The notes under the pieces are model-generated. The model saw nothing but the letters and a program-made list of their open reading frames with translations, searched no databases and was not told the origin of the DNA. A program made the translations under genes and the position numbers. This document shows, piece after piece, positions 45,476 to 55,228 of a DNA stretch of 64,000 bases. Source of the stretch: Deltaproteobacteria bacterium. Its GTDB lineage: Bacteria > Bdellovibrionota > Bdellovibrionia > Bdellovibrionales > Bdellovibrionaceae. Position 1 is the stretch's first letter. Each line of letters begins with the position of its first letter. The stretch covers positions 79,870 to 143,869 of the forward strand of contig JAFLCC010000007.1 in assembly GCA_017302835.1 (NCBI GenBank), read 5' to 3'.

Positions 45476-47008
45476 TTAAACTTCTAATTCCCCAACCTCA
45501 GCTTCTATAGTTTTTACGATCACTTCCGATTTAATTAAGTTCAATAGACAATGAATATCCTTGGAAAAAACCCTGTCCTCTTTGGCATAGGGAACTTGTT
45601 CCCTGATGAAATTTTTTATGACTTGTAAAGGCTTGGAAGGCTGCAGAGGCGCTAGCAAATCAATTCCTTGGGTTGAAGATAGCAACTCCATGGCTACCAC
45701 GGTTTGAGCGTTTTCCAAAATACTTCCCGCTTTTCTGGCGGCGATGGTTCCCATGGAAACGTGATCTTCTTTTTCTGCAGAGGTAGGAATGGTGTCCACG
45801 CTGGCTGGATGGGACAAAATTTTGTTTTCAGAAACCAAAGAAGCCGCCGCCACCTGAACGATCATGTGCCCTGATTGCAAACCGCCTTCTTGAACAAGAA
45901 AAGCGGGTAGGTCTGACATTGCTGGATTGATCAGCTTGGCAATGCGACACTCACTGATGGAGGCTAAACTTGAAAGAGCTATGCCCAAATAATCCATGGC
46001 AAAGGCCACGGGCATTCCATGAAAGTTACCACAGGATAAAATTTTATTTTCATTGGCAAATACCAGTGGGTTATCCGTTGAGGAGTTCGCTTCAATCTCT
46101 AGGGTTGAAATAACTTGTCGTAAGGTGTCTTTTACCGCACCATGAACAGCGGGCATGCAACGCAGAGAGTAGGCATCTTGAACCTTGCTACAATTAAAAT
46201 GACTGTCAGCAATTTCACTTTTTTGGGATAAGATTTTCATTAAATTTCGAGCTGTTTTTCCCTCTCCTGGATGATTTCTAGTTGCCGAAATTAAAGGGTC
46301 AAAAGCACTTCTTGATCCCCGAAGAGCTTCTAAGGACATGGCCCCTGAGACGTCGATGACTTTTAATAAATTTCTTGTATCATAAGCTGTTAACATTCCA
46401 ATAGCCGTCATCACCTGGCAACCATTTATCAAAGATAATCCTTCTTTGGCCTGAAGAACTAATGGCTGAATATTTTTTTCAACCAAGACTTTATCTACAG
46501 AAACTTTTCTTTGATCTTTTGTCCAAACCTCCCCTTCTCCAATCAATGCCAATGCCAGATGAGAAAGAGGAGCTAAATCTCCACTAGCCCCCACACTGCC
46601 TTTGCAAGGTATGACGGGAATGATATCATTATTGATAAATTCTAAAATTTTTTCAACGACCAGGGGTCTAATTCCACTTTTTCCGGTAGCTAATGCATTC
46701 GCCCTGAGAATCATCATGGCCTTGGTCTGCTGGGGCGTAAAGGGTTCCCCAATTCCCGCACTGTGCGAACGAATTAAATTTCGTTGCAAGGTTTCAATTT
46801 CATGATTTGAAATGCGCACACTTGAAAAAGCACCAAACCCTGTGTTCACCCCATAGATGACTTCACCTTGGTTTATTCTTTTTTCAATATAACTTCTTGA
46901 TTCCCACATAAGAGCTTTGGCTTCCGGAGACAAAGTTAAGGGTTCTTTCTGATGACGAACCATTTCCATTAATAAATCGATACTCAATGAATTCCCTTGG
47001 ATTTGCAT
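45476..47008 (-). CDS. hutH: Histidine ammonia-lyase
   Basis: Has the GSVGASGDLAPLSH motif, which contains the MIO-forming Ala-Ser-Gly triad. Confidence 0.95.
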   Translation of the reverse strand: MQIQGNSLSIDLLMEMVRHQKEPLTLSPEAKALMWESRSYIEKRINQGEVIYGVNTGFGAFSSVRISNHEIETLQRNLIRSHSAGIGEPFTPQQTKAMMILRANALATGKSGIRPLVVEKILEFINNDIIPVIPCKGSVGASGDLAPLSHLALALIGEGEVWTKDQRKVSVDKVLVEKNIQPLVLQAKEGLSLINGCQVMTAIGMLTAYDTRNLLKVIDVSGAMSLEALRGSRSAFDPLISATRNHPGEGKTARNLMKILSQKSEIADSHFNCSKVQDAYSLRCMPAVHGAVKDTLRQVISTLEIEANSSTDNPLVFANENKILSCGNFHGMPVAFAMDYLGIALSSLASISECRIAKLINPAMSDLPAFLVQEGGLQSGHMIVQVAAASLVSENKILSHPASVDTIPTSAEKEDHVSMGTIAARKAGSILENAQTVVAMELLSSTQGIDLLAPLQPSKPLQVIKNFIREQVPYAKEDRVFSKDIHCLLNLIKSEVIVKTIEAEVGELEV

Positions 47009-47116
47009 TTTTCACCTCTGATATTTGTATAGACTATCTCCCATAGCAATCAAGAATATAGTTGCGTTTCTTGGTCCGTAAATGGTAAAGGCAAGCCTCA
47101 AATAGTTGAGGTCACG

Positions 47117-48382
47117 ATGATGGAATTATTAATGCCCGCAGGGTCTTTAGAAAAACTTCAATTTGCCATTCTCTATGGTGCGGATGCAGTGTATGCGGGC
47201 GTCCCTCTCTTTAGTTTAAGGGCCAGAGAAAATGAATTTGGCTATGAGGATTTAAAAAAAGGGATCGAACTGGCTCATTCTCAAAATAAAAAAGTTTACT
47301 TAACTGCCAATATTTTTGCTCGTAATTTAAAGCTGAAACCTTTTTCTGAGCAGCTTCCAACGTGGATGGATCTAAAGCCTGATGCGATGATCATGAGCGA
47401 TCCAGGGTTGATTTCAATGGTGAAAGAAAAATATCCAGAGTTGCCCATTCATTTGTCGGTTCAGGCCAATTGCATGAATTGGCAAAGTGTTAAGTTTTGG
47501 CAACAAATCGGAGTTTCCCGCATTATCCTGAGCCGAGAACTACGATTAACTGAAATCAAAGAAATTAAAAACAAAGTCCCTGACATGGAATTAGAAGCTT
47601 TTGTCCACGGGTCTATTTGTATTGCCTATTCCGGTCGTTGCTTGCTATCCCATTACATGAGCTACCGTGATGCCAACCAAGGGGTCTGTGATAATTCATG
47701 TCGCTATGGATACCATCTTCATGCCTACAATCCCGAAAAAGTTAAAAATGAGACGGAGTACTTCTTAGAGGACCTCAGAGATCCTGGGCAATTTTATCAA
47801 ATTGATGAAGATGAAAATGGAACCTATATCATGAATTCCAAGGATCTCTGTTTGATCGAACATCTTGCAGAGCTCAAAGAAGCTGGCGTCATTTCCTTTA
47901 AAGTGGAAGGTCGCACGAAATCCGTGCATTATGCAGCTCATGTAGCCAAAATTTATCGTCAAGCCATAGATGATCTACAAAATGGTAAGGAATTTGATAC
48001 CCAGTTATTGGAAGAAATCCACAAAGTGGCCCATCGTGGATACCATAAAGGTTTTTTGATGGGGCAACCGACCCCCGAGGCACAAAATTACAAGCATTCC
48101 ACGTCGCGTGAGGGCTCTCAAAAATTTGCAGGATTGGTTAAAGAAGCCAGAGGTTCTGAAGTGAGTGTGGATGTCCGTAACAAAATTAAGATAGGCGATC
48201 TTATAGAAATCATCAGCCCCAAATCTAATATGAAAAGCCAAGTTCTTAAAATCTTGGATCCCAAAAACCAACCTGTGGAGGCCGCCCATGGAGGCGCTGG
48301 AATTTACACTTTGTCTCTCAACGTGAATTCAATTGAGACAAATTCTCCAATTGAGACAAATTCTCTTCTGAGTGTTTTGTAG
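47117..48382 (+). CDS. U32-family peptidase-like protein (YegQ/TrhP-like)
   Basis: The N-terminus reads ELLMPAGSLEKLQFAILYGADAVY. It also has an Fe-S-like Cys cluster (C..SGRCLLS...C.NSC). Confidence 0.85.
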   Translation: MMELLMPAGSLEKLQFAILYGADAVYAGVPLFSLRARENEFGYEDLKKGIELAHSQNKKVYLTANIFARNLKLKPFSEQLPTWMDLKPDAMIMSDPGLISMVKEKYPELPIHLSVQANCMNWQSVKFWQQIGVSRIILSRELRLTEIKEIKNKVPDMELEAFVHGSICIAYSGRCLLSHYMSYRDANQGVCDNSCRYGYHLHAYNPEKVKNETEYFLEDLRDPGQFYQIDEDENGTYIMNSKDLCLIEHLAELKEAGVISFKVEGRTKSVHYAAHVAKIYRQAIDDLQNGKEFDTQLLEEIHKVAHRGYHKGFLMGQPTPEAQNYKHSTSREGSQKFAGLVKEARGSEVSVDVRNKIKIGDLIEIISPKSNMKSQVLKILDPKNQPVEAAHGGAGIYTLSLNVNSIETNSPIETNSLLSVL

Positions 48383-48492
48383 CATTGAGTGTATTATAGC
48401 TTTGATTCTTTTTGAAACGCATTTAGTGACTTTTTAAAAGCTATTGAAAATGACTAAAGTTTTTGTGATTTTTTGCCGAGCCTTTGATCACT

Positions 48493-51400
48493 ATGAAAAA
48501 GATAAAACACCGCCAATCCAATTTTTCGTTTCTATTTTCGCTTTTAAAAACCTCGCGAGGTTTTTCCTTATTAGAAGCCGTTATTAGTTTGGGAATTTCG
48601 GGAATTATCTTACTTTCCATCACATCGATGATGCAATTGCTTAATGTCAATAGCAGCCGAGTCAGCATGGGGGCAACTAAATTTGAACTTGTAAATAAAA
48701 TTAGGATCAATGCCTTGCATCTCTTAGCTTTGGAAAGCTCTGGCAGAATGAACATCACCTTGGGGACAGCAGGACTGACTCCAGACATTGGGGTTCCCAA
48801 TAATTTAACAAACTTTCGTGCTTTGGCTGACTGCATGCCTTCCCTCGCCACTGTCGGCAGTTGTAATAAAGGAGCTATGGAAGATTCTAGAGGCTTTCGA
48901 TTTTACCTCTCCCAAGGGCTTTCTGAAGACCCTAACAAAGCTATTGCAGGTGAAGATGTTTTTTACACCGTGACTGGCGTTCGATGCAACCAAACACAAG
49001 CTGCAAGTCCGTCTGAATGCCCGATTTCTGCGATGACCTGGGCCGAGCCTTTTTGCTCTAACTTTGCAACTGCATGTAATAAGGCGATTGCCCTAACTAT
49101 CAGATATAAGATTGCTCTTCGACCTGACTTTACAGGAACAATAATGATGTCTCCCATTGAAGGGGAAGCCTATCTGCCTTTAACTAAGGGAATTCAGCTC
49201 TCTCGTCTTTTGTCTGAAAATGACAATCCTATCACGATGAACTCAAACGGAATCTATTCGGTACAAAAATATTATGGAGACCAAGCAGCTCAACCTAAGG
49301 GGCTCCGATTTGAAGCCATCCTCGGGAACCCTACGGGATTGGTATCCATGCGATTGCAATACCGAGCCATTACGGGAGTGGATGCCGCACCCTACTTTGA
49401 TGATAATATTCCCAATGATATCTTTTCCTTGGGCTGGACAGATCTGACGGATCCAGCGAATAACCTACTTCCATGGACCGTTCTCCTTACTGGAGCCAAA
49501 CCAAATCAGATTATTAATTTTGGAATTCAAACGAGCGCTAGCTCTCCTGTATTTGTAAATAAATCCATGGCCATCGGTGCTACTCCTACCGATTCCGCTG
49601 CCCTCCAAGCTCAATTTCGCTGGACCATCAATGCTTCAGGAAACTTTGTGGCGCCTTCATTTAAGTCAGGATATTATCAATTCAGAGTCCTTGCCACGGA
49701 CGCTGCCTCTGGGACTATTGAATCTATGAATTACATCACTGTTAGGATTGTCCCACGTCCTCAACTTGTCATTCCTCCATCACAACCCCTTTTGTCCCAA
49801 ACTCGCAATTGCATCGCCGGCAACGACTCTGTTCAATACTCCATAGGTATTGCTGACGATGAAGACTTGTTGGATCAAACTCTCAAGATTAGCGGAGTTG
49901 ACATCCCTTTCAGCGCCGTTTCGGGAACCAATGGTATTGTTTCCTTTCCCTTCGATTTAAGCCAGGTCATCACAGGCTCAAGTCAAAATTTCCCCGTCGT
50001 CACGACGGCAAAAAATAAATTTACTGGACGCACTGTAAATTCTCAGGTTTTAACAGCAACTCAAAATACGATGACTGTTACTTTAAGCGAGAAAACAATT
50101 ATTAACAATGCTCTCGCAGGCACTCCCCTTAAAATTCGTCTCAATACTAATGGTGTCACCAGTACGAGTTTTGAAACGGGTAGTTGTTGTAACTTAGATC
50201 CCGCTGTCACTTGGTCCACTCCGAATATTCCCGAAGTGGCGGCTCCTTTGTTAACCTTGGTGAGCAATACGGCTGCAAGTTGCACTCTCGATGCGCCCAA
50301 TAATCGCAGAACCTGTGCCACCACTGCGGTTGTCACTGGAATTTTGGAATCCCCCGCCGCAACAGCCTCTCCAGATATCGCTGTCAATTACACTTTTTCT
50401 TCTGGGACCAATGCCTGCACCGGTGGATTGGCTCAAACGGTATTTAATAATAATGCCTATATTCCTGTTGTAAAAATACCAGGAATCCAATTTTTTCTTC
50501 CCGAATCATTATGGCTAACACTTCCAAATAATTCGATTCGCCCTTTAAAATCATTTATTCCGAGGGTCTATGTCAGAGCTGATTTTGATCCCGACGAAGA
50601 CATCACTGTTGGCGTCTACAAATCCATCGATAATTCGCTTGTTTGCTCCATTGATTTTCCAGCAGGAACAGGTACTTCTGTCATTGATAAACCTTGCAAT
50701 ATTCCAGCAGGATTTTCGGGCGATTTATCTCTCAATAGAATTACCCCAAATGTGATGCTTCCTGCAGATGCAGCATCACCCACTTTTAGAGCTAAGCTTG
50801 TAAGCGGTAAGTTAAATCATCGAACTTGCCAACCTAGCTTAAGCAGCTTGGCTGAATTCGCTGACTATGTAAATCCAACGGATCAGCCGATGCTCAATTC
50901 CCCTTGGGGTTTCACTCTGGATGGGTCCTTCAATCCAATTCAAGATGTTAAAAATGATGCGGGCCTTTGGGGCATTGAAGCAACAAAACAACTTCGATGT
51001 TACGATTCTTGGAATGGAACAATTCCAGGAACTCCCAACTCCTACACATTTGGAAATAATTTGGATCAGCTAAATATGAATATCGTTGGCAATGGAGACA
51101 TCAATGTTCAAGATATTTATAGGATTTTTCGATATAATACGGAACCTGGGATTAAACCATTCGATTGGTTGCCAAATGCTCATATTTATTTAGATTCATC
51201 TTTAACCAGGCACCAAACTTATATATTCCCCGACAATCCTGGTTTGGATTTTTTTCCTAAAAATGCCCCTAATGCTTTCATCGTTTGGTACAATGGCAGC
51301 CCGGGACCTATTAACTGGCAGTTTGTAAATCAGTCTGGTGCATATGCTCAAACCCCTCCCAAACCATGGACTGACTACACACCTCAGCTATGCAGCGGCT

Positions 51401-51588
51401 CTTCTGCTTTAACAACCATAAAATTACTTGGGGCTAAGGAAACGGGACACTCTACCCCTGAAACCGTATTGAAAGCTGTAAACAGCTACACGATAAGTGG
51501 GTCTACTGGATTTTACTCCTATAATTTTATGTGTGCCTATGGCCGATGGAATCCTTTCAGCAAAGGAAATACAAATTGGTCAAATTAA
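48493..51588 (+). CDS. Very large (~1,031 aa) protein with an N-terminal prepilin-type cleavage/methylation motif
   Basis: The N-terminus is MKKIKHRQSNFSFLFSLLKTSRG|FSLLEAVISLGISGIILLSI. The rest is T/S/N/P-rich with many Cys. The ORF track starts at TTG 48484; I prefer ATG 48493. Confidence 0.7.
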   Translation: MKKIKHRQSNFSFLFSLLKTSRGFSLLEAVISLGISGIILLSITSMMQLLNVNSSRVSMGATKFELVNKIRINALHLLALESSGRMNITLGTAGLTPDIGVPNNLTNFRALADCMPSLATVGSCNKGAMEDSRGFRFYLSQGLSEDPNKAIAGEDVFYTVTGVRCNQTQAASPSECPISAMTWAEPFCSNFATACNKAIALTIRYKIALRPDFTGTIMMSPIEGEAYLPLTKGIQLSRLLSENDNPITMNSNGIYSVQKYYGDQAAQPKGLRFEAILGNPTGLVSMRLQYRAITGVDAAPYFDDNIPNDIFSLGWTDLTDPANNLLPWTVLLTGAKPNQIINFGIQTSASSPVFVNKSMAIGATPTDSAALQAQFRWTINASGNFVAPSFKSGYYQFRVLATDAASGTIESMNYITVRIVPRPQLVIPPSQPLLSQTRNCIAGNDSVQYSIGIADDEDLLDQTLKISGVDIPFSAVSGTNGIVSFPFDLSQVITGSSQNFPVVTTAKNKFTGRTVNSQVLTATQNTMTVTLSEKTIINNALAGTPLKIRLNTNGVTSTSFETGSCCNLDPAVTWSTPNIPEVAAPLLTLVSNTAASCTLDAPNNRRTCATTAVVTGILESPAATASPDIAVNYTFSSGTNACTGGLAQTVFNNNAYIPVVKIPGIQFFLPESLWLTLPNNSIRPLKSFIPRVYVRADFDPDEDITVGVYKSIDNSLVCSIDFPAGTGTSVIDKPCNIPAGFSGDLSLNRITPNVMLPADAASPTFRAKLVSGKLNHRTCQPSLSSLAEFADYVNPTDQPMLNSPWGFTLDGSFNPIQDVKNDAGLWGIEATKQLRCYDSWNGTIPGTPNSYTFGNNLDQLNMNIVGNGDINVQDIYRIFRYNTEPGIKPFDWLPNAHIYLDSSLTRHQTYIFPDNPGLDFFPKNAPNAFIVWYNGSPGPINWQFVNQSGAYAQTPPKPWTDYTPQLCSGSSALTTIKLLGAKETGHSTPETVLKAVNSYTISGSTGFYSYNFMCAYGRWNPFSKGNTNWSN

Positions 51589-52334
51589 CTAAATCTATTG
51601 GCTTGACAAAGGCCAATGAATCTAATTTTTTCTTTAGTATTATTCAACAAAGGAGTGGAATTGGGATTCTTTCATTTGTCCTGATACTATCTGTCGTTTT
51701 TTTTATTGGCCAACAATTCATACTGATGGATCAACAAAGCTCTTTTTCTACTTTCCTTCAATCGCAAAGTCTAGAAGCACAAAAAACTATTTTAGATAAT
51801 TTAGAAACCCTTTTGGCTGATGAACTAGCCCTAAGAAATTCTCGTTTTACAACAAATCAGCCTTTATACCGATGCCTTTTTGCTAACCCAAACCCCTGCG
51901 ACCAAAGTCAAAGCTATGATTTGCTTCTTTATGCCCCCAATCCACCAATTATATTTTCTGGTATTTGGCCAAATCCGCCCGTTGATATGGGGAAACTAGC
52001 GGGTGGGCTTACCACTAACAAAGTATTCTATACGAAATCTTCGTCTCGGTGTCCAGATACCACGACCACTGCGGATACCGCCTGCCCTCTTCAAGCCATC
52101 GTTCAATTTAAGCCTCTGTGTGGTGGGACCCCCTCCGCACCCGTTCCATTGATGGGATTTAACAGCGACGAAGAATCTTACTTAATTACAGATTGTCCTG
52201 GCCGGGCTACTGGATTTGATATCAGCATTGGCGTGGCTATTTTTAAAAATGGTAGTCTGATCTATAAAAATGATACTTCCAAGTATGGCGATACCAGGGT
52301 TTATCGAATTAAAGCAAATTCCCTAATAAATTAA
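51546..52334 (+). CDS. Cys-rich protein with a PilX-N-like hydrophobic N-terminus (start uncertain)
   Basis: Has a ...QQRSGIGILSFVLILSVVFFIG segment. It overlaps the 3' end of the upstream gene. Possible starts are GTG 51531, ATG 51546 and TTG 51603. Confidence 0.5.
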   Translation: MESFQQRKYKLVKLTKSIGLTKANESNFFFSIIQQRSGIGILSFVLILSVVFFIGQQFILMDQQSSFSTFLQSQSLEAQKTILDNLETLLADELALRNSRFTTNQPLYRCLFANPNPCDQSQSYDLLLYAPNPPIIFSGIWPNPPVDMGKLAGGLTTNKVFYTKSSSRCPDTTTTADTACPLQAIVQFKPLCGGTPSAPVPLMGFNSDEESYLITDCPGRATGFDISIGVAIFKNGSLIYKNDTSKYGDTRVYRIKANSLIN

Positions 52335-52396
52335 TCGGAAACCGATTTATTTTTTAATTTGTTTTTTAAACTGATATGAGGAGATAATAGGTAAAA

Positions 52397-52873
52397 ATGG
52401 ATTCACTCAAAAAACTTTTTAATCGAAAAATTATCAATGATCCCAAACTTCAGTATGGGATCTCCATTTTTTTTGTTTCCTTTGGACTGGTTAATTTTAT
52501 TTTTTTTATTGTGGTACTAAAAGTTTGTGAGTCTAAACTGATTTCCGAAATAAATACCTTAGATTCAGCGACCAGTAGGTATTTAAACCAAATCATCATT
52601 GAAATCTCCAACCTCCTGTTTAACATTCTCTCTCTATTTGGAATTTTTACGCTTTCAATTTCCCTTGTCGCTGGAATTTTATTATTGCAGCATATTTCAG
52701 GCCCGGTCTTTGCCTTTAAAAAATTTCTTTCGGATGTACTGGAAGGTAAACCAAGTAGATACCCCCTTCATCTCAGAAAACATGATTTTTTTTCGGATCT
52801 CGCAGACCTTGTAAATAAAATCTATGAGAAGTTTGAATTAGATAAAAAAAACGACCCCAATCTAAAAAAATAG
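52397..52873 (+). CDS. Small two-TM protein with a HAMP-like segment (paralog of 26052..26525)
   Basis: QHISGPVFAFKKFL...LRKHDFFSDL aligns with SHRIAGPIFNLIKYL...FRADDFFSEL. Confidence 0.55.
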   Translation: MDSLKKLFNRKIINDPKLQYGISIFFVSFGLVNFIFFIVVLKVCESKLISEINTLDSATSRYLNQIIIEISNLLFNILSLFGIFTLSISLVAGILLLQHISGPVFAFKKFLSDVLEGKPSRYPLHLRKHDFFSDLADLVNKIYEKFELDKKNDPNLKK

Positions 52874-52901
52874 CCTCATACTAGTTCCTTTGAATGAGAC
52901 C

Positions 52902-53531
52902 CTATCTGAGGGAATCGATATTTTTTTTATAATCATTTTTAAAAATGTAGGATCCTGAGACTAAAATATCAGCCCCGTTCAAGTATTTTCGTGTTTCGAA
53001 GTTAACGCCCCCGTCGACTTCAATTTCGTAATTTAAATGGTGTTTCTTACGGTAATCGACAAGCCATGCTATTTTTTCAACTTGATCAGGCATAAATGAC
53101 TGCCCTCCAAATCCTGGTTCCACGGTCATGACTAAGACCAAGTCGACCCACTTTAAATAGGGCTCTAATACACTGATTTTTGTTTTGGGTTTTAAAGACA
53201 GTCCACTCTTCGCTTTCGTTTGAATCTTTTTTAAAATGATCTCTGCCTGATCCGTGGATTCAATATGAATGGTCAGATAATCACTTCCGGCTTTTAAAAA
53301 ATCATCAATAAATTTTTCAGGTTTATCAATCATTAAATGGACATCCAACGGAACTGTCGAAATTTTTTTTAACGAAGCAACTACGGGAGCACCGATTGTG
53401 ATGTTGGGAACAAAATGTCCATCCATCACATCGACATGGATCAGATCAGCACCGGCTTGGGAAACAGCTTTAATTTCTTTTTCTAAATTCGCAAAATCAG
53501 CTGCTAAAATACTGGGAGCAATTTTTTTCAT
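52902..53531 (-). CDS. rpe: Ribulose-phosphate 3-epimerase
   Basis: Has PSILAADF, HVDVMDGHFVPN and VMTVEPGFGGQ motifs. Confidence 0.95.
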   Translation of the reverse strand: MKKIAPSILAADFANLEKEIKAVSQAGADLIHVDVMDGHFVPNITIGAPVVASLKKISTVPLDVHLMIDKPEKFIDDFLKAGSDYLTIHIESTDQAEIILKKIQTKAKSGLSLKPKTKISVLEPYLKWVDLVLVMTVEPGFGGQSFMPDQVEKIAWLVDYRKKHHLNYEIEVDGGVNFETRKYLNGADILVSGSYIFKNDYKKNIDSLR

Positions 53532-54601
53532 AAGACTGCACCTAATTTATCACCTATTTTTAAGGAATGACCTTGGAGAAAATCTTTTATCTTCATTTTA
53601 TTTCTTGATTCTGGTTGCACTTCTATAACTTCTAGTTCTGTAAATTCTTTACTACCCGCCCCTGACAAAAAAGGATCTGGGCCGCACTGTATGGTGAGAG
53701 CTTCTTCCGTAATTTTAAGAATTCGGCCTATTTGATTTTGATCAGCAGCCAAGACCTGGCGTTTTTTGTAACCACTCAGATAGGAATTTAAATCTGCCTG
53801 GGTTGAAAACTTCATGGACCGTGGAGACGACTCTTTACTCCATAATGTTTTATGAATCTTGATTTTTTTGCCTTCAAAAAAAGTATAAGAGCCCGGCCCC
53901 ATGGTGAGAGCTCGTACTTGATTATGGATTTCTAAGGCCGATAGGCTCCATTTGATTTCAGATTCTAATTTATCAATTTTTTTAGCCAAAAGCACATTTT
54001 CTTCATTTTGCTTTACGGGAGCCAAATTACCTCGAATATAGTCCATCAAATCCACCCGCAACAAATCGGCCCCCAAAAAAGCAAGTTGATCCTGGAGTTC
54101 AAGAGCTGTCATTTCTGTTGGAATGGTTGTTTTTCTTATTCCAATAATGTCCCCAGCATCTAATTTTTTAACCATCTTCTGAAGCGCTACTCCGGTTTCA
54201 AGATCTCCGTATTGAATGGCTCTTTGTATCGGGGCAGCTCCACGCCATCGAGGTAATAATGAGGCATGAACATTCACAGCACCAAGGCTAAATGAGGACA
54301 TAAATTCCTCTGATAAAATTTGACCAAAGGCAACCACCACAGCGATTTCGGCGCCCCAAGTTTTAATGGCATCTAAAATCAACCGATTATCCTTTAGGGA
54401 TTCAGGAGCCAGAACTTTTAATCCATTATTTTGTGCTAAGACTTTGACTGGGCTCGGGGTCAGAGAGAGCTTTCTTCCCGCTGGACGATCTGGTTGAGTG
54501 ACAACGCCTACCACTTCAAAATGTTCGTCTTCAAGCAAAGCTTTTAAAGAAGTCACTGCAAATTCAGGAGTTCCTAAAAAACAAACTCTGATTTGACTCA
54601 T
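53528..54601 (-). CDS. fmt: Methionyl-tRNA formyltransferase (with an extended C-terminal domain)
   Basis: Has FLGTPEFAV, NVHASLLPRWRGAAPIQ motifs. It has 4-nt overlaps with def and rpe. Confidence 0.9.
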   Translation of the reverse strand: MSQIRVCFLGTPEFAVTSLKALLEDEHFEVVGVVTQPDRPAGRKLSLTPSPVKVLAQNNGLKVLAPESLKDNRLILDAIKTWGAEIAVVVAFGQILSEEFMSSFSLGAVNVHASLLPRWRGAAPIQRAIQYGDLETGVALQKMVKKLDAGDIIGIRKTTIPTEMTALELQDQLAFLGADLLRVDLMDYIRGNLAPVKQNEENVLLAKKIDKLESEIKWSLSALEIHNQVRALTMGPGSYTFFEGKKIKIHKTLWSKESSPRSMKFSTQADLNSYLSGYKKRQVLAADQNQIGRILKITEEALTIQCGPDPFLSGAGSKEFTELEVIEVQPESRNKMKIKDFLQGHSLKIGDKLGAVL

Positions 54602-55188
54602 AACTTCCTTTCAACTTTATCCTTTGACGTGCTCTTTAAGGGATAACCATGTTTTTTAATTTGGCTTTTGATTTTATTACTCTTTAGAAAACTCAAATGA
54701 TCAATAAATAATTTACCCTCAAGGTGATCTAATTCATGCTGAATACAAATCGCCAACAATCCATCTGTTTGAAAGTTTTTTTTACGCCCTTTTAGATCAT
54801 AGGTTTCAACAACAATGGTCTCAAATCGATGTACCGTTTCATAAAAGGAAGGTACACTCAAACAACCTTCATCAAATGTTGTTTTACCTTCACCTTTGAT
54901 AATTTTAGGATTAATTAAAACTAATGGCTGTGGAATTAATTTCTCGAGCTCGCCCATTTCTTCGTATTTATATCTTCGACCTTCTTCATCCTTTGGTCGC
55001 GTGTCTATAACAACCACTCTCTTAAGAATGTCGATTTGTGGAGCTGCTAGTCCAATGCCCTTTGAGTGATACATCGTTTCAAGCATATCTGCAGTTATTT
55101 TCTCTAAGGATTCATCAAAAACCTCGACGGGTTCTGAAATTTCTCTTAACCGTGGATCTGGATAGGTAAGTATTTTTAAAATAGACAT
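54598..55188 (-). CDS. def: Peptide deformylase
   Basis: Has GIGLAAPQ, EGCLSVP and HELDHLEG motifs. Confidence 0.95.
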   Translation of the reverse strand: MSILKILTYPDPRLREISEPVEVFDESLEKITADMLETMYHSKGIGLAAPQIDILKRVVVIDTRPKDEEGRRYKYEEMGELEKLIPQPLVLINPKIIKGEGKTTFDEGCLSVPSFYETVHRFETIVVETYDLKGRKKNFQTDGLLAICIQHELDHLEGKLFIDHLSFLKSNKIKSQIKKHGYPLKSTSKDKVERKL

Positions 55189-55228
55189 AATAAATTTATT
55201 TCTGTGCTTTTCTTATTACAAAATCAAC

